From contig JAYTCQ010000402.1 of the NCBI GenBank assembly GCA_043736395.1, positions 1 through 61,273 on the forward strand: a DNA stretch of 61,273 nt. Reading direction: 5' to 3'. This document shows, one piece after another, positions 8,837 to 18,414 of the stretch (the first letter of the stretch is position 1; each line of letters starts with the position of its first letter). The notes below the pieces were generated by a model. That model had not been told where the DNA came from and did not search any database. It saw only the letters and a program-made list of their open reading frames with translations. Origin of the DNA: Blastocatellia bacterium. Lineage in GTDB: Bacteria; Acidobacteriota; Blastocatellia; RBC074. The translations under genes and the position numbers were made by a program.

Positions 8837-9661
8837 ATGAACTCACTTCCCATTGGCATTTTCGATTCCGGCGTCGGCGGACTTTCAGTTTTACGCGCTG
8901 TCCGTGAACGTTTGCCGCGAGAAAATATTATTTATCTGGGTGATACGGCGCGTGTGCCGTACGGTACGAAATCACGTTCGACGGTTGAGCGGTACGCTGT
9001 CGAAGACGCTGCTTTTCTGATTGGCAAAGGCGTTAAAGTCATTATTATTGCCTGCAATACGGCTTCAGCACTCGCGCGGGAAAGATTGCGCAGTGAATTT
9101 GAAATTCCATTTTTAAGTGTCATCGGGCCAGGAGTCAGAGCTGCCGCGAAAGCAACAAAAAGTAATCGCATCGGCGTCATCGCAACGGAAGCGACGATTG
9201 GCAGCGACGCCTACGCACAAGGGATTCGTGAAGTATTTGCTAATGAATCGGTAGAAATTTTTTCGCAAGCTTGTCCTTTATTTGTGCCGTTAGTCGAGGA
9301 AGGCGAAACGGATTCACCGATCACAAAATCTGTTGCGGAAAAATATCTGGCTCCGTTGCGAGAAGAAAATATTGATACGCTGGTGCTGGGATGCACGCAC
9401 TATCCATTGCTGAAAAAAGTTATTGCTGAAACTATCGGAAACGAAGTCAATTTGATTGATTCGGGTGCGGCGACGGCGATAGAAATGGCGGAACTTTTAG
9501 CGCAACAAAATTTGCTGAATTCACAAACTGAAAATGGTAAGTGTGAGTTTTACGTGACCGATTCCGCGCAGAGATTTAATCGAATCGCAGAACGGTTTTT
9601 AGGTCATAAACTGGATTACATAGAGGCAGTTGAGGTACAGGAACATGTCAGAACGTCTTGA
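8837..9661 (+). CDS. murI: Glutamate racemase
   Basis: FDSGVGG, PYG, ACNTAS, LGCTHY. Confidence 0.95.
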   Translation: MNSLPIGIFDSGVGGLSVLRAVRERLPRENIIYLGDTARVPYGTKSRSTVERYAVEDAAFLIGKGVKVIIIACNTASALARERLRSEFEIPFLSVIGPGVRAAAKATKSNRIGVIATEATIGSDAYAQGIREVFANESVEIFSQACPLFVPLVEEGETDSPITKSVAEKYLAPLREENIDTLVLGCTHYPLLKKVIAETIGNEVNLIDSGAATAIEMAELLAQQNLLNSQTENGKCEFYVTDSAQRFNRIAERFLGHKLDYIEAVEVQEHVRTS

Positions 9662-10388
9662 TGGAAGAACTTCTTTGGAGCTGCGGGCAACCAAAATCAC
9701 TCCGGGGTTCACTAAGTATGCCGAGGGTTCGGTTTTGATTGAGGTCGGTTCGACCAAAGTTATTTGCAATGCCACAGTGGATGAAAAAGTGCCGAACTTT
9801 TTGAAGGGCAAGGGAAATGGTTGGGTGACGGCGGAATATTCCATGTTGCCGCGCGCGACTGACTCTCGCACCAATCGCGAGGTGAATCGTGGAGCGCCGT
9901 CAGGACGGACTCACGAAATTCAGCGTTTGATCGGTCGCAGCCTTCGTGCTGTGATTGATATGAAAGTACTGGGTGAACGGACAGTGACGATTGATTGCGA
10001 TGTAATTCAGGCGGATGGTGGAACGCGAACGGCTTCGATTACGGGCGGTTTTGTGGCATTAGCTCTCGCGCTAAATAAAAGTGTAGAGAGCGGGAAAATT
10101 GCAAAGCTTCCGCTCAAGGATTATTTAGCTGCGGTGAGTGTGGGCGTAGTTGAAAATCAGGTATTATTGGATTTAGCATATACCGAAGATTCTGTTGCCG
10201 AAGTTGACATGAATATTATTAAAACAGGCGATGGGCGATTTGTTGAATTGCAGGGCACAGCGGAGCAAGATGCTTTTTCGCGCGACCAAATGAATGAACT
10301 GATTGATGCGGCGGAAATTGGAATTGAAAAATTAATGGCAATTCAACGCGCAGTAATTGAAGAATTCATCGGTAAAAGTTTATTTTAG
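9645..10388 (+). CDS. rph: Ribonuclease PH
   Basis: [34 protein letters not shown]. Confidence 0.95.
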   Translation: MSERLDGRTSLELRATKITPGFTKYAEGSVLIEVGSTKVICNATVDEKVPNFLKGKGNGWVTAEYSMLPRATDSRTNREVNRGAPSGRTHEIQRLIGRSLRAVIDMKVLGERTVTIDCDVIQADGGTRTASITGGFVALALALNKSVESGKIAKLPLKDYLAAVSVGVVENQVLLDLAYTEDSVAEVDMNIIKTGDGRFVELQGTAEQDAFSRDQMNELIDAAEIGIEKLMAIQRAVIEEFIGKSLF

Positions 10389-10478
10389 AAATCATCAGAT
10401 AAAAGTAATTTGATGATCGAATCAATTTTATTTTCCCAGCAAATTAAAAATCGCTGGCACTTTGAAGGGGAATTCAGG

Positions 10479-11024
10479 ATGTTTTCCAGATTTTGCTTTC
10501 TTGCAATTTTAACGTTTGGATTGATGTTTGGTTTGACTGCTTTCCTTAAAGTCGAAGCGCAGTCAGGCGGAACGTTAGTTGAAGACCCAGATAAGAAATA
10601 TACGCTTAACCTCCCGAATGCAGATTGGGCGGCGGTCAAATCAACTGACGGGTTAGGCCGTGAACAAATCGAAATTGTTTACAAAATTCGTGAAGACGGG
10701 CTTCTCAAAATTCGTCGGGTAGATATTGAAAAAGGCTCAAAATTAATTGATGCCGTGAATAAAGACGAAGGCCAGACACTGACATTTTTGCCTGGCTACA
10801 CAAAAGGCGCGCTCGAAGATTTCAGCGCAGCTGGCGGCAAAATTCCGGCCATCATGAAAACATATGATTTTACGCAGGGCGGACGACCCAAGATGGGACG
10901 GCATTATTATTTAATGGTTGATGACTCAACAGTTTATATCCTGCGTTTCACTGGTAATCGTGGCACGATGCAGGCTTTGCGAAGTCAGACAGATGTTCTC
11001 GCGCGTTCTTTCAAGGTGAAGTAA
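10479..11024 (+). CDS. Exported hypothetical protein (possibly PsbP/DcrB-like fold)
   Basis: Signal peptide ending VEA-Q; Y-T-L-N-L-P-x-x-x-W start typical of PsbP-like proteins. Confidence 0.6.
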   Translation: MFSRFCFLAILTFGLMFGLTAFLKVEAQSGGTLVEDPDKKYTLNLPNADWAAVKSTDGLGREQIEIVYKIREDGLLKIRRVDIEKGSKLIDAVNKDEGQTLTFLPGYTKGALEDFSAAGGKIPAIMKTYDFTQGGRPKMGRHYYLMVDDSTVYILRFTGNRGTMQALRSQTDVLARSFKVK

Positions 11025-11425
11025 TGACGGACGATCACGTCGCAGTGTTACAAGCCAATCAAATATTTTATGCAGCCGTTCAGGCCGCCGATATAGAAAA
11101 AATGTCGGACTGTTGGTTGCACGAAAGTTGGGTGAAATGCACTCATCCGGGTTGGGAAGTGTTGTGCGGATGGAACGACATCAAAGCTAGTTGGGAACAG
11201 ATTTTTACGCACGGTCAGCAGTTATCGGTTGTCATTAGTGAAACGGAAGTGAAGCTGGCTGATCATTTTGCTTCCCTTAGCTGTACTGAAAATTTAACTG
11301 TTCTTGATGAAGAAACGCAAACCCCAACCTCAGTTTCGTTAAGCGCCTCAAACCTTTTCAAACGAGTCGGTGATCAATGGTTAATGATTCATCATCACTC
11401 AACTCCTATTCTAAAATCTTCATGA
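11024..11425 (+). CDS. NTF2/SnoaL-like protein
   Basis: AN..FY.A, C.HPGW..L.GW..I..SW, W.MIHHH.S. Confidence 0.8.
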   Translation: MTDDHVAVLQANQIFYAAVQAADIEKMSDCWLHESWVKCTHPGWEVLCGWNDIKASWEQIFTHGQQLSVVISETEVKLADHFASLSCTENLTVLDEETQTPTSVSLSASNLFKRVGDQWLMIHHHSTPILKSS

Positions 11426-11751
11426 ATCCCAAAGATGTTTTAGCTGCGGCTTTGTTCTTGCCCGACAAAATGCAGAAGAACAATTTGTATGAAACTCCAA
11501 ATTTTTTCTGTGACGTTTATGCGTTGGAGCCGGGACAGGAACAAAAGCCGCACGCGCACGATGATGCTGATAAGATTTATTATGTGCTCGAAGGGCGAGG
11601 AATTTTTTTGGTAGGAACGGAAGAGCGGGAATTATCGCAGCACAAAATCGTTTTAGCCGCCGCAGGTGAACCACACGGAGTTCGCAACGCCAGCGAAGAA
11701 CGTTTAAAATTACTGGTTTTCATGACTCCCAATCCTAATTTCAAAAAGTAA
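11422..11751 (+). CDS. Cupin-domain protein
   Basis: PHAH..ADKIYYVLEG and G.PHGVRN; ATGA overlap with the upstream gene. Confidence 0.85.
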   Translation: MNPKDVLAAALFLPDKMQKNNLYETPNFFCDVYALEPGQEQKPHAHDDADKIYYVLEGRGIFLVGTEERELSQHKIVLAAAGEPHGVRNASEERLKLLVFMTPNPNFKK

Positions 11752-11752
11752 A

Positions 11753-12649
11753 TCAAGCGTACTGAAGCGCGACGCGAACCGTATTACAATGTGCTTCCAC
11801 GGTATCATCAATATCTTTGCCGTAGCCTCCGCCCATTGTCGTGACAACTGGAATATTTCGCTCTCGACAATTTCCAATCACAAATTCATCGCGCAGTTTT
11901 AATCCCTCCAGCGTTAATTTCAATTTGCCCAAACGATCGCTTTCATGCGGATCAACTCCCGATTGATAGAAGACAAAATCAGGATTGAATTCAGCTAAAA
12001 TTTTTGGCAGGTAAGCTTCTAATAAATTGAGATATTCGTCATCGCCGATGCCTTCCGGCAAATTCACGTCAACTGTACTTTGTTCTTTTCTGAGCGGAAA
12101 ATTTTTTTCGCCGTGCATTGAGAACGTGAAAACGCTTTCGTCATTTTGAAAAATCGCAGCCGTTCCATTTCCCTGATGAACATCGCAATCAATCACCAGG
12201 ATTTTCTGTGCGAAGCCATCACGTTGTAATACGCGCGCAGCAATCGCGATGTCGTTCAGCACGCAATATCCTTCGCCATGATCGGGGAAAGCATGATGCG
12301 TACCGCCTGCTAAATTCGAAGCGATGCCGTCACGCAAAGCATTTTTGGCGGCGATTAAAGTTCCCTGCGCTGAGGATTGTGAACGATGCACGAGCCTAGG
12401 CGTCCACGGAAAACCAATCCGACGAATTTCCGCTGGCGTCAGATTTCCATTCTTGCAGCGAAACCAATAATCATCAGTATGAACCAGTAAAATGTCTTCA
12501 TCGGAAGCCAAATCAGGTTCGACCAGATGCCAGTGCGTGATCGTGTTTTCTTCAAGCAAACGATCTCGTACCAGGCGATATTTTTGCATCGGAAAAGGAT
12601 GTGTAGGAATTAAGGGAATGCGATAGCGGTCGGAATAACAGACTTTCAT
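11753..12649 (-). CDS. Zn-dependent histone deacetylase family protein (class IV/HDAC11-like)
   Basis: HPFPM.KY, GGTHHA, GYCVLNDIA, DCDVHQGNG, GVD, GGGY. Confidence 0.9.
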   Translation of the reverse strand: MKVCYSDRYRIPLIPTHPFPMQKYRLVRDRLLEENTITHWHLVEPDLASDEDILLVHTDDYWFRCKNGNLTPAEIRRIGFPWTPRLVHRSQSSAQGTLIAAKNALRDGIASNLAGGTHHAFPDHGEGYCVLNDIAIAARVLQRDGFAQKILVIDCDVHQGNGTAAIFQNDESVFTFSMHGEKNFPLRKEQSTVDVNLPEGIGDDEYLNLLEAYLPKILAEFNPDFVFYQSGVDPHESDRLGKLKLTLEGLKLRDEFVIGNCRERNIPVVTTMGGGYGKDIDDTVEAHCNTVRVALQYA

Positions 12650-13038
12650 TAATCCAGAATCGGGATTGGATGGCGGTTATCGTCTACGGCCACATAAACA
12701 ACTTCGGCTTCCATGACACGGACTTTTTCTCCGCTGCCGCCTTTGCGAACGGCTTCAACAATGATGTCAATCGTTACCGAAGTGCGTCCAATTTTTTTAG
12801 TGCTGGTATAAAAACTGACCAGATCGCCAACGAAAACCGGAGCGATGAATTCGACTCCGTGCATTGCCACAGTCACGAAAAGTTTGTCGGCATGTTTGCG
12901 GGCTTCGACTGCGCCTGCCAGATCAAGGTAACTGAGAATGACGCCGCCAAAAATAGTTCCGGTGTGATTGGTGTCTTTCGGCATCATTGAGACGCGGATG
13001 GCGGGATCGCCGAAAGATTTGGGTTCTTCAATTTCCAT
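12649..13038 (-). CDS. Acyl-CoA thioesterase (YciA-type hotdog fold)
   Basis: MP.DTN..G.IFGG...S..D.A, GRTS, YVAVD. Confidence 0.9.
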   Translation of the reverse strand: MEIEEPKSFGDPAIRVSMMPKDTNHTGTIFGGVILSYLDLAGAVEARKHADKLFVTVAMHGVEFIAPVFVGDLVSFYTSTKKIGRTSVTIDIIVEAVRKGGSGEKVRVMEAEVVYVAVDDNRHPIPILD

Positions 13039-13043
13039 TAAAT

Positions 13044-14012
13044 TTAATATTGATGTGGCGGATGCGAATATTTTGTTCTTAGCTGAAGGCTGCCGTCTGA
13101 ACTGGTCAGCAGTAATAATCGCTTATTAATATAATTGACACCTTCAGGATAATAGGTCAGCTGATAGCGTTCGTTGCGGAGCTCATCGCAAATTTCTTTG
13201 ACTGCGTTTTTAATGTCGCCATCGATAGAAAAGATTTTTCCGCCGGTGCTGGAGGTTAATTGTTCCAGACAATCAACGGGCTTCGGAGAATCTTTGCGGA
13301 GTGCGCCGCGCGTTCGATCTTTGACCTGAATGGCATACACCGTTACGTTTTCATCTTGTAATGTATTCAGAATCCGGTCGTATTTAATTTTGCTGTCACG
13401 ATCCAATCCATCGCTCACTAAAACAATTACTCGTTTTGAATAACCGATTGCCGGACGCATGACGTCTTCCATCACAACATCCAAAGCATCAAATAAACGC
13501 GGCGTATCGCTTTTACGCAGCAGCCCTAACGTGTTTTGTAAGTCTTCAGGTTTGTCAGTGAAGTCAGTAATAATTTCCGGTTTCAGGTCATAGCCGATGA
13601 CCATGACTTTGTCGCCTTCATAAATTTCAGGTGCAAAAGCAGCGGGAACGGCGGCGAGTTTCTTTATGTCAGTTTGCAAGGACGCAGAATTGTCGAGGAG
13701 CACCACAATTCGCGCGGGACTGCCGTCAGGCGAAAGCGATTCAATCTTTTGCGGAATGCCGGCGTCATGTAATTCAAGTTTATCTTTGGTCAGGATTCGT
13801 TCGTTTTCCTGCGGGGGCTTATTTGAACCAAGCAAAGGTTTCGGTTTCGTCGCGTCTTCGGTGAATTTGACATACAGCGGAACGACGGTTGAACGACGCG
13901 CCGAAGTCAAATTACGTCCGGCCTGTGCGGAAGTTTCCTGACAAGATATCGCCGTCAAACACGAACAGAAAATAAATGCAATAAGGCTGAAATTATAACT
14001 TTGTGGTTTCAT
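13044..14012 (-). CDS. VWA-domain exported or lipoprotein (acidobacterial type)
   Basis: MIDAS DNSAS, T.LFDAL, LVSDGLD, STGG; signal peptide with Cys. Confidence 0.8.
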   Translation of the reverse strand: MKPQSYNFSLIAFIFCSCLTAISCQETSAQAGRNLTSARRSTVVPLYVKFTEDATKPKPLLGSNKPPQENERILTKDKLELHDAGIPQKIESLSPDGSPARIVVLLDNSASLQTDIKKLAAVPAAFAPEIYEGDKVMVIGYDLKPEIITDFTDKPEDLQNTLGLLRKSDTPRLFDALDVVMEDVMRPAIGYSKRVIVLVSDGLDRDSKIKYDRILNTLQDENVTVYAIQVKDRTRGALRKDSPKPVDCLEQLTSSTGGKIFSIDGDIKNAVKEICDELRNERYQLTYYPEGVNYINKRLLLLTSSDGSLQLRTKYSHPPHQY

Positions 14013-14033
14013 GATACTGCTCCTTCCACAGAA

Positions 14034-14117
14034 GTAGGATAGGCGTCCCCGCCTGTCCTCTTTTCACAATAAAAGTATTTTCTGAGACAAGAGGACAGGC
14101 GGGGACGCCTATCCTAC
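14034..14117. repeat. REP-like inverted pair, copy 1
   Basis: GTAGGATAGGCGTCCCCGCCTGTCCTCTT ... AAGAGGACAGGCGGGGACGCCTATCCTAC, perfect 29-bp arms. Confidence 0.9.
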
Positions 14118-14120
14118 CTT

Positions 14121-14435
14121 TTAAGTCGCGGCTTCGGTTTTCTTTGCAGGTTTGGCCTCAGTCTTTTCAGGCTTGCTTTCGGCCTTCTCGGTTTTTTCCG
14201 ATTTCTCAGCTTTATCTGCTTTTTCCGCTTTCACTGTCTCCTTCGGAGCCGCGCCGCTTTTGCTATAATCAGTCACATACCAGCCAGAGCCTTTCAGCTG
14301 AAAACTGGTTTGCGAAAATTGTTTTTCAAGTTTACCTTTGCACTCCGGGCAACGTGACAAAGGCTTATCGTTAATCTTTTGCATTACCTCCAACTGATGT
14401 CCGCATTTCGTGCAGGCATATTCATAAATCGGCAT
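14121..14435 (-). CDS. FmdB-family zinc ribbon protein with a K/A/E-rich tail
   Basis: MPIYEYACTKCG...CPECKG...FQLKGSGWYVTDY. Confidence 0.9.
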   Translation of the reverse strand: MPIYEYACTKCGHQLEVMQKINDKPLSRCPECKGKLEKQFSQTSFQLKGSGWYVTDYSKSGAAPKETVKAEKADKAEKSEKTEKAESKPEKTEAKPAKKTEAAT

Positions 14436-14631
14436 GTAATGTAAACCTCCAAATAACCAAAAAATTCAAGTCACTAATCAAAAATTTAACATATTCGAGG
14501 TAGTGATTACCATTGGCAGGTCAAAAAAACCAATTCAGATCAGGTCAGGTCATAGAACAGGGTTCAGAATCCGCCAGACTCTATGATAAAATGCTGGTTC
14601 TTTCACTTGAAAATAATAACTGAGGTTACTC

Positions 14632-14916
14632 ATGACTACGATTGATTGTACGCGTTGTGGAAATAATTTTGCCAGTCTTGAAAAAGCGCCATTTGGAGGC
14701 GCGCTTGGCAAACGCATTCATGAGAATATTTGTCAGGGCTGTTGGAAAGAATGGTTAGCCAAACAAAATCAATTGATCAATCATTTCGGACTTAGCACGA
14801 TCAATCCTGAGCATCAACAGTTTTTGATCGAAAACATGAAAACGTTTCTTTTCAATGAAGGGCAACTGCCTCAAGCGGTAATTGACACTACGCTGGAAGG
14901 TACGGTCACACATTAA
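14632..14916 (+). CDS. YggX-like Fe(II)-trafficking / oxidative-damage protection protein
   Basis: P..G.LG.RI..NIC..CW.EW...Q..LIN...L....H..FL...M..FLF. Confidence 0.85.
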   Translation: MTTIDCTRCGNNFASLEKAPFGGALGKRIHENICQGCWKEWLAKQNQLINHFGLSTINPEHQQFLIENMKTFLFNEGQLPQAVIDTTLEGTVTH

Positions 14917-14919
14917 GCT

Positions 14920-15582
14920 ATGACAAACGAAAAAGAATTCATTGGAATCAGAATCGAAGACGATCCAGGCATTCGCGAAGTGCGCGACCTGATGGCTCCT
15001 TACAGCACCGCAGAAGAATCCAAAAGTCTGTGGGCCGAAGCGCGGTCATTAATGCGCGACATTCTGATTGCCTGTTTAATTGCCACCTTCATCATTTTCT
15101 TTCTGGTACGTCCGGTGCGCGTCGAAGGAGAAAGCATGAAGCCTCGATTGCAGGATCGCGACCGAATTTTTGTCAATCAAATGGTGTATTCCATGCGCGA
15201 ATGGTTTGGCGATAATCAGCCCATCAAACGCGGAGATATTGTCGTTCTCTATTATCCGAATGATCCTTCTAAATCATATATTAAACGTGTGATCGGCTTA
15301 CCTGGCGAAGAAGTCACCATCGAAAACGGGAAGCTTTACATTAACGGCGTCCTGCATCAGGAACCTTACTTAACGCCGGAAAACATTAACTCGTATAACC
15401 GCAAAGCGATTACTAAGTCCGTGGAAGATCATCATTATTTTGTCATGGGCGATAACCGGAATTACAGCAGCGATAGCCGTGACTGGGGTTTGGTCCCGGA
15501 AAAATATATCTACGGCAAAGCGATGTATCGCTATTATTCACCCCTGAACTGGTTTGCCAGTGTCGGTTCGTTGAACCAATAA
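14920..15582 (+). CDS. lepB: Signal peptidase I
   Basis: TM segment, ESMKP, RGDIVV, YIKRVIGLPG, MGDNR..S.DSR.WG. Confidence 0.95.
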   Translation: MTNEKEFIGIRIEDDPGIREVRDLMAPYSTAEESKSLWAEARSLMRDILIACLIATFIIFFLVRPVRVEGESMKPRLQDRDRIFVNQMVYSMREWFGDNQPIKRGDIVVLYYPNDPSKSYIKRVIGLPGEEVTIENGKLYINGVLHQEPYLTPENINSYNRKAITKSVEDHHYFVMGDNRNYSSDSRDWGLVPEKYIYGKAMYRYYSPLNWFASVGSLNQ

Positions 15583-15584
15583 AG

Positions 15585-15645
15585 GTACGATAGGCGTCCC
15601 CGCCTGTCGAAATTTTAAGACGGCAGGCGGGGACGCCTATCGTAC
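15585..15645. repeat. REP-like inverted pair, copy 2
   Basis: GTACGATAGGCGTCCCCGCCTGTC ... GGCAGGCGGGGACGCCTATCGTAC. Confidence 0.9.
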
Positions 15646-15669
15646 ACATCCAAGAGGAATAATTAATCA

Positions 15670-16896
15670 ATGACCAATGAAGCGATTCTTGCGCTGGAAG
15701 ATGGGCGCATCTTTCGTGGCACAGCTTGCGGCGCCGTCGGAGAGCGCACCGGAGAAATTGTATTCAATACTTCGATGGCAGGCTATCAGGAAATTCTCAC
15801 CGATCCATCTTATGCCGGACAAATCGTGACAATGACGTATCCGCAGATTGGAAACTATGGCGTCAATCCTGAAGACGTTGAATCGCGTCGTCCATTCATT
15901 GAAGGATTTGTCGTCCGTGAAATGTCCGAAGTTACTTCCAACTGGCGCGCTACGATGTCGCTTGATGATTATCTGAAGGAATACGGCATCGTCGGAATTT
16001 CTGAAATTGATACCCGTGCGCTGGTTCGCCACATCCGCGAAAAAGGCGCGATGCGCGCCTGCATTTCTTCCGTAGACCTGGACGAAAAAAGTTTAATTGC
16101 CAAAGCCCAGGCCGCTCCGTCAATGCTCGGCAGAAATTTAGTAGATGAAGTCACCTGCGGCGACAGCTACGAATGGTCAGAAGCGATTGAAGTAATCGCC
16201 GGAGAAAGATTGCCGCGTACCGAGGAGCTGGACGAGTTCGCCGTGAATTTTACACCCAACGAAGCTCTGGAAATGAGCGGCACCATCAACACAGAATCCT
16301 TCCACGTAGTCGCTTACGATTTCGGCATTAAATATTTCATCCTGCGCTATCTGGCTGCGCTTGGTTGCCGCGTCACAGTAGTTCCCGCCCGTACTTCCGC
16401 CGCTGATGTTTTAGCCATGAATCCTGACGGCGTATTTTTATCGAATGGCCCCGGCGATCCGGCTGCGCTTGAACCAATCATTAACGAGATCAAAAAACTG
16501 GTCGGACAAAAACCAATGTTTGGAATTTGTTTAGGACATCAACTTTTAGGATCAGCATTTGGCGGGACAACTTTTAAATTAAAATTCGGACATCGCGGAG
16601 GCAATCAGCCAATCAAAAATACGCGTACCGACAAAATCGAAATCGCCGCCCACAATCACGGTTTCGCGGTAGACCCAAACAGTCTGAATCAAGACGAAAT
16701 CGAACTGACGCACTGGAATATCAACGACCAAACCTTAGCCGGAATCCGTCATCGGACACTGCCCGTATTTTCCGTGCAATACCATCCCGAAGCCGGCCCC
16801 GGCCCGCACGATTCAGCATATTTATTTCACGAGTTTATTGCGGATATGAAAGCCTTCCGCGATGGTGTGAAGCAAAAGGGGCAAGGGCAGAGTTAA
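15670..16896 (+). CDS. carA: Carbamoyl-phosphate synthase small subunit
   Basis: [28 protein letters not shown]. Confidence 0.95.
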   Translation: MTNEAILALEDGRIFRGTACGAVGERTGEIVFNTSMAGYQEILTDPSYAGQIVTMTYPQIGNYGVNPEDVESRRPFIEGFVVREMSEVTSNWRATMSLDDYLKEYGIVGISEIDTRALVRHIREKGAMRACISSVDLDEKSLIAKAQAAPSMLGRNLVDEVTCGDSYEWSEAIEVIAGERLPRTEELDEFAVNFTPNEALEMSGTINTESFHVVAYDFGIKYFILRYLAALGCRVTVVPARTSAADVLAMNPDGVFLSNGPGDPAALEPIINEIKKLVGQKPMFGICLGHQLLGSAFGGTTFKLKFGHRGGNQPIKNTRTDKIEIAAHNHGFAVDPNSLNQDEIELTHWNINDQTLAGIRHRTLPVFSVQYHPEAGPGPHDSAYLFHEFIADMKAFRDGVKQKGQGQS

Positions 16897-16901
16897 GAAT
16901 T

Positions 16902-16985
16902 AGACACAAGATTAACAAGTATTTTCTCGTGAAGCCTGCTTGTTAATCTTGTCTTAAAATCCTGTAAATCGTGTAAATCCTGTCT
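16902..16985. repeat. Hairpin plus short tandem AAATCCTGT repeats between convergent carA and serpin (possible terminator)
   Basis: ACAAGATTAACAAG pairs with CTTGTTAATCTTGT; then AAATCCTGT-AAATCGTGT-AAATCCTGT. Confidence 0.7.
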
Positions 16986-16995
16986 GAAAAAATCT

Positions 16996-18399
16996 TCACC
17001 CAAAAATCTTTTTCCTGAAAATTATCAGCCCTGCCACCATAATAAAAACACCAACGAGAGCCAGCCACATTTTATTGAAACCGGCTTTTGGTTGATCCGC
17101 TTCATTCACAAATTTTCTGGGCGCAGATTGCGCATTCGTAGCGGACAAAATTTCAGATTTGAAATCAATTGTTTTTTCGCTTGGGTTGGTCACGCGTCCC
17201 ATAAACAAAATTGAATTCGTAGCGGTTTCACGAATCAAAAATATGAACGGATGATCGGCACGGAAAACAGGAGGTGGTGGTGGGGGTGACCCAAAACCCG
17301 CAGCGCCAGCCACTCCACCTATAGCGCTGACAGCAGCGGCTTCTGTCTCTTTTTCATTAACTTTGAGAAACGTTTTTTGAATGGCGGAACTGAGTTTTAC
17401 GCCGCGCGGATCATTGGCGATTCCTGAAAAATCTGCGGTGTCTTGAAAGGCAAGCGGCATTCCTAAATTCGATAAAAATTCTTTGAGAGATAAGCTGGCA
17501 TTGAATTCAAATTTTGGTAAGTGAAGTTCAACTTCCTGTTGATGTAAGTCAGAAATGTATTTTTCTAAAAGGTCGGCATTTAGCTGTTTTTCTAGGGATC
17601 CAATTCTATCACGCTCTTTCGGAAGCAAGACAATCATTGAATATTTTCCATCACTATACGGCAACTCAATTGCTTGCAATAAAGCATCAGCAAAATAGGG
17701 AAAATAATCAGTCTGATTCATCATCGGCGCAGAAATTTTTTGTGTTTTATCCAACCAGAAATCGTCCGGCTCAGTCGAGTATTCACTAAACTCATTTTCC
17801 CATCGCCCGTGAAAATAAACCGCATTTGCCAAAACCAACAACGAATCAGAATTGAAAGAATTTGCCTGTACTAAATTCTTGATGCGTCCGTTGGTGTTTT
17901 GCTCAGCCCACGCATTAATCGCCGAAGCCACTGCTTGCGGGTTTGCCGCAAAATCTACGGTTTGCAATTCGCTTTTGTAATTCGTGCGGAGCAAATCCTG
18001 ATAGGTCGGCAAAATCGTTAATCCTTGTTGTCCCCACAAAGCATTGGCAATCGCGAGCTGCGTTTGTTTGTCATTGGTCGCAAGTTGGTTCAATAACAAT
18101 GCATATTCGCCATGCAAATTTTTCTGGTTTGGGTTTAATCGTAACACTTCCGCAATCTGATCTGCGGTTGTGCCTTTCGCTCCACCTAAGACCATTGCCA
18201 ATGCTGCCGAAAGACTGAACGGAGAGAAGAAAATATTGCCATTTTTCTTGCTCATTTCCGCGTACGCTTTAAGCGCAAATTCATTGTTGCTTTTGACTAT
18301 TGCTTTGGTTTCTTCGCGCATAGGTTTTGTTTGAGAAAAGCTAACTTGTGGTAACAGTAGAATAAGTAAAAGAAAAATTATTGGCTGAGATTTATTCAT
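16996..18399 (-). CDS. Serpin with signal peptide and C-terminal membrane anchor
   Basis: NIFFSPFS, TNGRI, NAVYF.G.W...F, LPKF, TEAAA hinge, FRADHPFIFLI, ILFMGRV.NP; C-terminal WLALVGVFIMVAGLIIF-RKK. Confidence 0.92.
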   Translation of the reverse strand: MNKSQPIIFLLLILLLPQVSFSQTKPMREETKAIVKSNNEFALKAYAEMSKKNGNIFFSPFSLSAALAMVLGGAKGTTADQIAEVLRLNPNQKNLHGEYALLLNQLATNDKQTQLAIANALWGQQGLTILPTYQDLLRTNYKSELQTVDFAANPQAVASAINAWAEQNTNGRIKNLVQANSFNSDSLLVLANAVYFHGRWENEFSEYSTEPDDFWLDKTQKISAPMMNQTDYFPYFADALLQAIELPYSDGKYSMIVLLPKERDRIGSLEKQLNADLLEKYISDLHQQEVELHLPKFEFNASLSLKEFLSNLGMPLAFQDTADFSGIANDPRGVKLSSAIQKTFLKVNEKETEAAAVSAIGGVAGAAGFGSPPPPPPVFRADHPFIFLIRETATNSILFMGRVTNPSEKTIDFKSEILSATNAQSAPRKFVNEADQPKAGFNKMWLALVGVFIMVAGLIIFRKKIFG

Positions 18400-18414
18400 A
18401 TAAAGTTTCCAATA

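Noticed and set aside
15670-16896. carA without an adjacent carB
   Set aside because: Split carA and carB is common, so not unusual
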